Below are positions 29,367 to 38,748 of a stretch of 64,000 bases of DNA, piece by piece; position 1 is the stretch's first letter, and every line of letters begins with the position of its first letter. The notes beneath the pieces were generated by a model. It worked only from the letters and a program-made list of their open reading frames with translations. It searched no databases and was not told where the DNA came from. The stretch is from Balanoglossus misakiensis (Eukaryota; Animalia; Hemichordata). Location of the stretch: the NCBI GenBank assembly GCA_040954595.2, contig CM082593.2, positions 6,394,172 through 6,458,171 on the forward strand, given 5' to 3'. The position numbers and the translations under genes were made by a program.

Positions 29367-29811
29367 ACTTTGAAGAATCAACCCAAGGACATCGACATAG
29401 CTGGCGTTAGCAACCGTTCCTGCTGTGCCGGAGTAATTGGATAAAAAGCAGTTCTAAAATCACAGGCAGTAGGGGGTGACCCTGAACTGGTATAACCAAT
29501 TTTGGAAACATCCGCCTCTAGAGGAAATATTTGCAGACTACTGGAGACACTCGGAGAGTTTGTGCCGGGGGAAATTTTTAACTTCTCATCGGATATTGTG
29601 TCAGACATTTCCTGTACTGTGTGGTGACCGTAACAGACTTTGTGGAGAATTAACGGCAAGGGAATTTCACAGACATGGCACCAGGTGAGTTGATTTCCGC
29701 GCCGCGAAAATCATGATATCTGCCGCGACAATGTCATCGGATGTCCGCTAATATTCTGCTACTGGGAACTGTTGTTTCTTTCTCACACTCGCGGTGCAAT
29801 TTTTTGAAGCG
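29367..29811 (+). other. NDST 5' leader region with uORFs and a candidate 125-nt intron (29685-29809)
   Basis: Acceptor tttactaatttcag| before 29367. No ATG until 29675. Consensus donor CAG|GTGAGT at 29685. Confidence 0.55.
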
Positions 29812-30849
29812 ATGATCGTCAAGGGGAGACTGTTTCACAAACTCTCGAAAATGCTGAGCTTCAGCTGCGCGCCGGGCCGCTGCGTGCCCACCCAGCCGGC
29901 CATCAAGAGGAGCATCATCGTTCTGCTGTGTCTGAGCGTGGTGTCGCTATGGATACTGGCGTACTACGTGTCGTACCCGAGCTACGGCCAGGGGCTGGAC
30001 CGGGCCGTGCAGCCGGAGATTCTCTGCAAACTCCACCCCAGCGAGCACGGCCGCCATTTCGCGAGCCGCGAGCGACACGTACCTTCCACGTCGACCAGCA
30101 ACAAAGCCCGGGCCTTGCTCTTTGTGGAGAATGCGTACTCCCGACTCGGGCGGGACATCTTGACTATACTGGAAGCGAACCGCTACCGCTATCACATAGA
30201 AACTGCAAACAGCAAGAGTTTGCCCACGTTAACGTTTAACGGTCAGGGATTGTATTGCGTTATCATTTTTGAAAATCTCGACTCCTATATTTACATGGAC
30301 GCTTGGAACAGAGAGCTTTTGGATAAATATTGTCTGGAGTACAACGTCGGGGTGATTGTCTTCACGCCCGTCAAGGAAGAGACCTTGTTTCACGTTCAAG
30401 TGGGGAATTATCCCTTGTATATGCACACAAATCTTGGGCTTCGAGACTACGAACTGAACCCCTACTCGGATGTGCACTACATCGCCCGACCTGGGGAGAC
30501 TTACTACGGCTATTTGCCGGGGGTCGACTGGACGGTCTTCCAGTCGAATCACACCAGCTTTGAGCCGATCGCGTACGCCCGGACGAGCACCACCGAGTAT
30601 GTGAATCTCGGCTACAGTCAGGTGCTCCACCCGACGGTGCTTCTCGACCACGGCCTCGTCGACGGCATCCAGAAGGTCTATTTCGGCAGCGGGTTCGGTT
30701 TTTGGCTACACAATTTGATTTTCCTGGATAGTTTGTCGTATTTATCGAACGGTGGACTGAGCAAGAGCCTGGATAGGTACATGCTGATCGACATCGATGA
30801 TATTTTTGTCGGACGTGTTGGAATTAGAATGAAACCGGTAGATGTTCAG
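29812..30849 (+). CDS. NDST: Heparan sulfate N-deacetylase/N-sulfotransferase, coding exon 1
   Basis: Type II membrane anchor (IIVLLCLSVVSLWILAYYV), MDAWNRELLDKYCLEYNVGVI and the deacetylase motif RYMLIDIDDIFVG. Donor CAG|gtgagt; 346 codons. Confidence 0.95.
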
Positions 30850-30960
30850 GTGAGTGATGTTATACCTTTGCGCTTTCAACTTTGGTCCACAAAATTTCAG
30901 AAAATGGCACGAAAATTAATCACAGTGAATGAATACTTTGTATAAAGTTGATCGTGGGAG

Positions 30961-31105
30961 CTTCAGAACCAATGGCTGTTGTTTGTTTTGATCATGTGAC
31001 CTTCTGAACCAATGGCTGTCGTTTGTTTTGATCATGTGACCCTCTGAACCAATGGCTGTCGTTTGTTTTGATCGTGTGACCTTCTGAACCAATGGCTGTC
31101 GTTTG
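30961..31105. repeat. 40-bp minisatellite, about 3.6 copies
   Basis: Unit cttctgaaccaatggctgtcgtttgttttgatcatgtgac starts at 30961, 31001, 31041 and 31081 (partial). Confidence 0.95.
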
Positions 31106-31116
31106 GCTGTTTGCAG

Positions 31117-31359
31117 GCGTTAATCAAATCTCAAGAGACCCTCCAGTCGCAGGTGCCGGGATTCCGGTTCAATCTCGGCTTCTCAGGGAAATTTTTGTAC
31201 AGCGGCGACGCGGAGGAGGACGCGGGCGACGACGCCCTCATCGAGCACGCCCACCGCTTCTGGTGGTTCCCGCACATGTGGAGCCACCTGCAGCCGCACC
31301 TGTTCGACAACGAGACCCTGCTGCGGGCGGAGATGGTGAAGAATCGGCAGTTTGCCAAG
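31117..31359 (+). CDS. NDST: NDST coding exon 2
   Basis: ALIKSQ...FRFNLGFSGKF...FWWFPHMWSHLQPHLF...NRQFAK. Flanked by ttgcag| and |gtaggt; 81 codons. Confidence 0.95.
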
Positions 31360-32659
31360 GTAGGTCGTCGCCGGGGTGGGGGGGGGCTCAGGGGGTTCCG
31401 TCAATGAGGCGATGTCAGTGTGAGAGGTCAGAAACTCTCACTGGCAATCTGAGAGTCTGAAACACTGAGCAGGAATAGAGTTATTTTTTAACAATCTGGT
31501 ATGTCGTAGAAACTTGTTTTGTTGTTGCCATATTTATTCTTGCATATAGCAATACATGTATTTCTCTGCGTAAGAATACAAAAATCAGTAGTTAAAAGTT
31601 GAACACAGCATTTGTCAACTGATATTGATCGATAAGTATTATGCAGTTTCAGTATCATATCAGCTGATATTAGTATTGGAGGCTATGGAAGAAATTGCAA
31701 TGATTTGAAGTAAAGCTTGTAAACATACACTTAAGCGTGCCTATAACCATCTTTTCCTCATGACTATTACATCCCAGTTGGCATTCCAATTTCCTCTATT
31801 AACATTTGATAGCAGTACAGGAAATATCAAATGGCAGCGAAACGTCTGATTTGCAACAAAATTGCAGTGAAATTTTGAGATACTACTTCAGAAGTGTTGG
31901 TCAAATTTCCAGTGGCACCTACTTATATCAGAAAGTGTCTATTGCTTTTAGTAGGCTTTGTTGTCACTAGTTTGATGTAACTGTTATTTGATATTTCTGT
32001 TAAAGCACTAAACTGGGGTAGTAGCAACAGAAATACGTGTATCGTCAACTGGCACTGTCACACGCACCCTGGAACAAGACTAATCTAATTTTAATAGATT
32101 CGCAGACTGCCCGAACTGATCTAATATGCATGAGCAGTTTGCAGGTGAATGCGTCGAACCGTAATAAGGAATCTCCCTCGGGAGAGCACTGGTATCGCCC
32201 GGGGGGTTTACCCTAATCGCCGGGAGACGGGAAGGATGGCATGGTTTTTCCATGTCTCAGCAGGGATGTGTTCTGGTCGTGAGATGGAGATCCATTGATT
32301 TCCCAGGGGTCCCCTGTAACGCTGCGTTTCTCGGAGCCGAGCCTCGGAGACCTCGCGCATTGTGCCCGCTAGGTCTTGGCCACTGTTCGTCGTTAATTGG
32401 CGCCTTTACGGCAAAAAATCGTCCCGCATTGTCCCCGAGCCCGGCTTGGAAATATGACTCTGAGACGTATTATACCGGTGTAAAAGCAGATTTAATGGGT
32501 CTGGAGGTTGACTTGCGTTTACAAAATTACATTTCCTGTCTCCAAAGAAGCTGGTGCATTCGATATTTCCTTCATCGGAAATGATTAACCCTCTGCCCGC
32601 AAATTCAGTTTCAAAATAGATTTTTGCACCTTTGTCTGTTTCAGCAGCTAGATTGTTTC

Positions 32660-32733
32660 TGAACCTTTAACCACCATTGTTTTGTATGGTAAACCTGGAC
32701 CTCTATAGAGGGAACTGGGGGTTAAAGGGTTAA
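32660..32733 (-). mobile_element. Internally deleted ~95-bp MITE copy
   Basis: ggacctctatagagggaactgggggttaaagggttaa matches the family core and TTAA end. Confidence 0.7.
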
Positions 32734-32967
32734 GTGTCATTGCTTCCTTACTGATGCCACTGTATTGTTTTCTTCCTTAGAAAATATGAACATATGATTG
32801 AATCATTTCTGGCCATGTACAGCGAGATTTAGGTCAGAGGTTAGGCCCGGTTTTATGTAAAAATATTGTTTAGGAAAAAAAATGTGCACAACTCAAATTT
32901 TATCAGCAAAAAATGAATATTCTCAATAGTTTGTTAACCCTCTGCATTTTCCCCCTTTTTTTGTCAG

Positions 32968-33153
32968 GATCATGATATTCCAGTGGAAAATTTCTATTCC
33001 GTGGCACCGCATCATTCCGGGGTGTATCCAGTACATACGCAGTTGTACGAGGCCTGGCGGAAAGTATGGAATATCCGTGTGACAAGCACTGAGGAATATC
33101 CGCATCTGAAATTTGCCATCAAGAGAAGAGGCTTCGTTCACAGAAATATCATG
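32968..33153 (+). CDS. NDST: NDST coding exon 3
   Basis: [23 protein letters not shown]...[10 protein letters not shown]...[10 protein letters not shown]. Flanked by gtcag| and |gtaaga; 62 codons. Confidence 0.95.
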
Positions 33154-33675
33154 GTAAGAAACGTGTTCACTTCAATTTCAAAGTGTTCAGTCAGTTATTG
33201 TGCCTAGGACACGCTAGTGATCATACCCTTGTTGAACATTTCTGACATAGAAAAAAATCTCCAGCAATTATCAAACAGACTTTGTGTAGAAAGCCACAGA
33301 TTTTTCATCACTCCTGCTTGAAGTGTCTGTATTGTATGTTTCGCGTTCCTCGTGATCAGCCAAGACTCTGAAGTGGCTGTTCGCTGTTTCCATCGTGTGT
33401 ATTCCTTCAGAAAATGCACGCTTTGCGGTGGATTTTCATGTGCAGTAGCTGTTATGTGTATTTGATAATCTTTTGTAAGCTATGCCTCTCTGTCTCTGGT
33501 TGACTCAGTGGAGCAGTGAGCTTTTACGAAACCAACAAACACACCAGCAGTACAGGAAGAATCATGTTCTTATGTTAACTTTGTTTTAGAATTTTCCTGT
33601 GCCAAAAAAAAAATAATTTCTTTTAATATGTAAGTACGTGTAAGTGTAATATTTATTGTGGTCTTTTCTGGATAG

Positions 33676-33804
33676 GTGTTACCGCGGCAAACGTGTGGTT
33701 TGTTCACACACACAATTAATATGAGTGAATATCCTGGTGGTTTCACCAAACTACAGAAGAGTATCTATGGTGGAGAGTTATTTCAGATTTTTATAAATAA
33801 TCCA
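33676..33804 (+). CDS. NDST: NDST coding exon 4
   Basis: [13 protein letters not shown]...YPGG...[15 protein letters not shown]. Flanked by atag| and |gtaagt; 43 codons. Confidence 0.95.
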
Positions 33805-34133
33805 GTAAGTATCAATATAGACAGTTGTCTGTGGGAGTAACAATTCACAGGCGACATTTTTGATGCAAGCAATTGGATGATATGATTTGTGCCTCACAAT
33901 TCTGCCAGTCCAGCAGCAAAGATTCAGAGTGTCTCTGTCTGTTCTGTCAGGGGCATCACTAATTTTGGAGCGTTTGATTTTACTTGCATGAAGTTATAAT
34001 TTGCAGGCTTCATTCACCGTACAAATTTATTCTTATTTAGTGAACTTTGAGATTTCAAAAACTGAATTTCGAGACTCACTTTTTAAAGTCCAGCCACTTA
34101 CACAGCCCCTCTCTCTCTTTTGTTTTGTTTCAG

Positions 34134-34316
34134 ATAAATATTTTTATGACTCATTTATCGAATTATGGAAATGATAGGTTAGGTTTATATACGTTTGAAA
34201 GCGTTGTAAAATTTGTTCAGTGCTGGACCAATTTAAGGTTGAAGACTGTACCCCCAGTAGAACTAGCAGAGAAGTACTTTTCACTGTATGAAGAAGAAAC
34301 AGATCCAATATGGCAG
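34134..34316 (+). CDS. NDST: NDST coding exon 5
   Basis: [21 protein letters not shown]...CWTNLRL...PIWQ. Flanked by ttcag| and |gtaagg; 61 codons. Confidence 0.95.
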
Positions 34317-34833
34317 GTAAGGCTTTTTTTCTCTCACTGTGTGTGCTGAAGTAGGGAATCTGTATTTGAGATACTTGTGTGTCTCGGAACAATGATGACC
34401 TCATGGCGAACAGCGCCACCAGTGGTAGTATCGATGTTTGTACAAGTCATTATACTCCCCAAGAGTGTTTGCATTGATCTTTGAAAATGCCACAGGTAAC
34501 TTGGCACACAACAAGTGTAGGAGTATTGGCACAGATTGGAAACGTAAACAGTTTTATACATCTCCAGATGCATCCACACACAAAAATAGATCCACAAATT
34601 TTCACCAAAACATGGCAAATACTAGGTTTTCTTAGTAGTTTGAATAAATTACATGTATATACCTTTATCTGTACGAAAATTGCATTTTATACACCTTTAG
34701 TGGTAGTGAAATTGGTGATCATTGCTGATCATCATCATCTTGATTGTTGACAAGCTGTGTCTCGTAATCATAAAAATCCATTCAGAGAAGTTTTCACTAA
34801 TATTTCCTGCCTGCTTTGTTTTTCTACTCCCAG

Positions 34834-34930
34834 AATCCTTGTGATGACAAGCGCCATTTGTCAATATGGTCACAAAGCAAGTCCTGTGACCGGCTTCCAA
34901 AATTTTTAGTCATCGGACCTCAAAAAACAG
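34834..34930 (+). CDS. NDST: NDST coding exon 6
   Basis: [13 protein letters not shown]...[12 protein letters not shown], the start of the PAPS 5'-phosphosulfate loop. Flanked by cccag| and |gtaagt; ends in phase 1. Confidence 0.95.
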
Positions 34931-35066
34931 GTAAGTCCATGAGAATGGATGATTGTGCCACCAAAATGTCTGTGGCCCTTTTTCTGAGCTGAAGTAATTG
35001 GTGGTTCTAAAAAAATATGTTCATAATTGTATATTAATTATTCCTTCGGTATTTTCTCATCTCCAG

Positions 35067-35190
35067 GGACCACAGCTCTGTACAGCTTCCTAAGTATGCA
35101 CCCATCCATAGTTAGCAATTTTCCGAGTACCAAAACTTTTGAAGAAGTGCAGTTCTTCAGTGGGGCTAATTATTACAGAGGCATAGACTG
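35067..35190 (+). CDS. NDST: NDST coding exon 7
   Basis: [13 protein letters not shown]...TFEEVQFF...NYYRGIDW. Flanked by tccag| and |gtgagt; phase 1 to phase 2. Confidence 0.95.
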
Positions 35191-35477
35191 GTGAGTGGGA
35201 AGCCGTATAACGGCAGCACTGATTGGCTGATCATGATCACATGACTTTGAACTCATGGCCGCCATTGGTTAATTGCAAAACCGTTCAACCTCGTGAATAT
35301 TTCTGCAGGCAATGCGTTGTGTGACATGTTTGTGATTGGCAGGCCATTTTAAAAATTATCAGGAAGTGAAATTCCATTTTGTTGTATTTTCTTTCTCAAG
35401 TCTAATTTTAAACTGAGGTAGATCATGAACTACCATGCCAGATTTTCACCGCTGTGTGTGTCCCGCATTTCTTTCAG

Positions 35478-35652
35478 GTACATGGAGTTCTTTCCTCTGC
35501 CAAAGAGTAATTCCACTGAGATTATGTTTGAGAAAAGCGCCACCTATTTTGATAATCACCAAGTTCCAAAGAGAGCCTTTGCCTTACTACCTCGCGCTAA
35601 GATCGTCACACTCCTCCTCAGTCCCTCCAAACGGGCATACTCCTGGTATCAG
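35478..35652 (+). CDS. NDST: NDST coding exon 8
   Basis: YMEFFP...FEKSATYFD...RAYSWYQ (3'-phosphate-binding motif). Flanked by ttcag| and |gtaaga. Confidence 0.95.
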
Positions 35653-35866
35653 GTAAGATGTTCGACCTTCTGAGCGGCTGAAATTACTTTCTTGTAACTG
35701 TCGTAGATGCCGTTACTCAGTTCAGTTTATGGTTCAGTGGCAAAGAAACGTCTGTAGAACAGATAGCCACCAATGTGACATGAGCTATTTCAGTGACTTC
35801 GTTCATTAAGATGCTGCCACCATTTCATTTAAAGGGACAAAGTCTCACTCTCACTGCCCCTTTCCA

Positions 35867-36223
35867 TTAAAGGGACAAAGTCTCTCTCTCGCTGCCCTTT
35901 TTTCCATTAATTATATTTGATACAAGACACCGTTTGTTATTCTACATGTGGATATATAGTGAATGAACGTTCAACCACACACAACTTCCATCCCTCTTAT
36001 AGACAGGAGAGTGAAAAAAATCGCCAAAATGAATAATCGTTCTTTTATACCATTTATTCATTTTGGGCGAGTTTTTACTCTCATATCATACAAGTGGGAT
36101 GGAAGTTTTGTGTGGTTGATCATTGATTCACTATATATCCACATTACATTAACATAAACAGTGTCTTGTATCAAAAATAATTAATGGAAAAAGGGCAGCT
36201 GGAGAGAGACTTTGTCCCTTTAA
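35867..36223. mobile_element. Foldback MITE with TTAA flanks and ~125-bp inverted arms (Kolobok-like ends)
   Basis: TTAA-AGGGACAAAGTCTCTCT at 35867 and AGAGAGACTTTGTCCCT-TTAA ending at 36223. The arms (about 35871-35995 and 36093-36219) are imperfect reverse complements. Confidence 0.8.
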
Positions 36224-36408
36224 TTATGTTTGATACAAGACACAGTTTATGTTATTCTACATGTGGATGTATAGTGAATCGATGTTTGACCACACACAAC
36301 TTATGTTGTATACATTGTGTGAATGAGGATGCACTTATAAAACCTGCATGAAAAGTGGCACCGCACAAATTTCTCGAGATTTACAAAATAACTTTTTCTC
36401 GTCTGCAG

Positions 36409-36579
36409 CACATGAGAGCTCACCAGGATCCCACTGCCTTGAACTACACCTTTTATGAGATTGTCTCGGCAAAGTCAAGCGCCCCCAAGCCCGTCCGGGA
36501 CATACAGAATAGATGCTTGAGGCCGGGAATGTACGCAGAACATCTAGAAAGATGGCTGTCTTTTTATCCAGCCAATCAG
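36409..36579 (+). CDS. NDST: NDST coding exon 9
   Basis: HMRAHQDPTALNYTFYEIV...NRCLRPGMYAEHLERWL. Flanked by tgcag| and |gtaaca; 57 codons. Confidence 0.95.
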
Positions 36580-36772
36580 GTAACAGCTCACTACAGGTTG
36601 CAGTCGGATATCAAATTTATGTACAAAAATATTCAACATTCCCCAATATTTGGAACATTTTGTATTCATTATCAGGAAAATTAAACTTGAGAACCTTTGA
36701 AACTTCAAATGTTTTGCTTCAGCCAGTCTATCCGGACTTGTGTTTGACCTTTTGAACTTTGACCTTTCACAG

Positions 36773-36882
36773 CTACTGATGCTCGATGGAGAGATGCTGA
36801 AGTCGGACCCTGTCCCAGCCATGAACAAAGTGCAGAGGTTCTTGAAGATCAAGCCATACTACGACTATGAGGCACATCTTAA
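36773..36882 (+). CDS. NDST: NDST coding exon 10
   Basis: LLMLDGEMLKSDPVPAMNKVQRFLKIKPYYDYEAHL. Flanked by cacag| and |gtaagt; ends in phase 2. Confidence 0.93.
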
Positions 36883-37062
36883 GTAAGTTCAGTTTTTCAC
36901 ACCTTCTGTTATGTTAAAAGTGGCATTGTGTTTGCAGGGTGACTTCATGAAGCATTGTGAAATGATTTAAAGATCCAAAGAATCTGGAGCCACGTGCACG
37001 ATTTTCCCTGCCTGGACAAATTGTCATTAAACCGTTTTCTATTTTTTTTTATTGATTTACAG

Positions 37063-37285
37063 ATTTGACAGCAAAAAGGGTTTTTATTGCCAGGTTTTAA
37101 GTGAAGGACAAACGAAATGTCTGGGTAAGAGTAAAGGTCGTATCTACCCTCCAATGGATCCACTAGCGCAGAAATTCCTCCAGCAGTACTATAAGGCGCA
37201 CAATGTCGAGTTGTCCAAGTTGCTGACAAGACTGGGACAGCAACAACCTGAATGGCTACAGGACGAACTAAAAGGATTGCAGTAA
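37063..37285 (+). CDS. NDST: NDST coding exon 11 (last)
   Basis: [10 protein letters not shown]...[14 protein letters not shown]...PEWLQDEL followed by TAA. The 11 exons sum to 2679 nt (892 aa plus stop) with consistent phases. Confidence 0.95.
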
Positions 37286-37305
37286 ACAAACTGCGGTCTA
37301 CAAAC

Positions 37306-37690
37306 TGCGGTCTCCTGAAACCATTTGTGGTTTTGGAAATACTGAAACAGTCCTTGCAAGCTGTGAGAGCAAGTCTCCATGGTTTTACAGATATGGCAAA
37401 CCGGTTCACATACATGGATATCTGGAAACAGCATGTTCAGCCAATGGGTCTCTTGAAACAGTTCCAAGTATCGGGTATTTTGAAACAGTGGGATATTTTG
37501 AAACGGTTCGTGGGTGTCTGGGTATATTGAAACCGATTGTGAGAAAATGGATATCTAGAAACAGCATGGGGGTAGCTTTGAAACACTTTCCTGGATATAT
37601 GGGCATCTTGAAACGGTTCCAAAAGTTTTCAGATAATCCTGAAGCAATTCCCAGCATTCGAAACTAGCGAGGGAATATTGAAACTGAAAC
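37306..37690 (+). repeat. Degenerate array of about 14 GGRTATYTTGAAACRG-like motifs with variable spacers, in the NDST 3'UTR
   Basis: GAAAC cores at 37317, 37344, 37425, 37455, 37482, 37500, 37529, 37558, 37580, 37610, 37660 and 37680, with weaker copies near 37397 and 37641. Confidence 0.8.
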
Positions 37691-37781
37691 CAGTAACCTC
37701 ACTACTTGTGCTGAGACATTCTTTTTAATTTCAATCAAAGATATTGTACAAATATTTAAAGATTTTGGTGCTAAATCATGA

Positions 37782-37787
37782 AATAAA
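37782..37787 (+). terminator. Candidate NDST polyadenylation signal
   Basis: AATAAA about 500 nt after the stop, in an AT-rich context. Confidence 0.35.
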
Positions 37788-38209
37788 TAGAAAATTTTGG
37801 AAATATATAAATATTTAAAACGTCGCTTTTATATGGTATTTTAATGGTTTTGTTGGTTGCACAAATTTCTTGTTTAATGTACTAAGTTCTGAATATTGGT
37901 GATGGACACATAGACCAGGGCATTTTTCATAAACTCCAAGAAATGGTATTGTTGATGGTTGCAATGAAAACATGGTATCGTAATACTGTGTATGGGGAGG
38001 GGGACTCATAACTACACCATTCTTTTAAAACAAAAGGATGATATTAGGCACAGAAAATTTTCACGGCAACTTATAATATAACAGGTTTAGTTTTATTCAA
38101 GTAAAATGAGCCTTAGGTCGAGTTTGTTCCCCTTGCAGACAAAAAAGTGTCTCCCCAGTCACTTCTCACTCTTTGGTAATATTCTAGTCTGTCTGTGACG
38201 AAAAAGGGG

Positions 38210-38291
38210 ACCATTTTCACTTGGTGTAGGTCCATGCAAACCAGTGAAACCAATGGATTCGGGCCAGAGTTTGGTGGCGAAAAGGGATGAA
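38210..38291 (+). mobile_element. Diverged ~95-bp MITE copy
   Basis: aggtccat...gaaaccaatggattcgggcca...tggtggcgaaaaggg resembles the 3' half of the family. Confidence 0.45.
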
Positions 38292-38729
38292 CTTTACCAA
38301 TCACAACCTTGAGCCTCTCGGTGGAGTCTAACAAATCCAGGGAGGTAATAATTGAAGCGAATATAATCGTGTGAACATGTGTGCTAATACATGCCTGTGT
38401 ATTTGATTTTAATCCGGACATGTCTGTAATGAGTCAAACAGTCATTCATATTGAATGGGGATAAGGGGATGATTGGTTTATAAAAGGTGAAAAACTTAAA
38501 AATATATCTGTTGATGTTTTTGCTCCACCAGCAAATATTGATTATTATTGATGAACTTGCTTCCTATGGATGATGCAATCAGATTATTTTTTTTGTCACT
38601 GTATTATAAATATGAATATTAAAGATTTTTTTAAACATATGTTTTGCTGGATTGTGCTTCTGAAGGCGCTAATATTGCTTTGCCCATCGGAGAGTAGACA
38701 AAAATATATTGCATTTCAAGACTGCCCGT

Positions 38730-38748
38730 TGGCGCCCTCTATTGTCCA
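38730..38748 (-). promoter_or_regulatory. CTCF-like motif
   Basis: Minus strand reads TGGACAATAGAGGGCGCCA, close to the CTCF core consensus (CCASYAGRKGGCRS). Confidence 0.4.

Noticed and set aside
30850-30945. C-terminal tail of the 383-aa ORF, and its GTG start at 29794
   Set aside because: The tail is read-through into the intron after the donor at 30850. The non-ATG start comes from bacterial-style ORF calling.
34411-34426. CTCF-like CAGCGCCACCAGTGG in an NDST intron
   Set aside because: It needs a one-base gap in the core to fit the motif.
37306-37690. CRISPR array (TTGAAAC resembles CRISPR repeat ends, with repeat-spacer appearance)
   Set aside because: The repeats are short and degenerate, the period is only 18-31 nt, there are no cas genes and the context is a eukaryotic 3'UTR.
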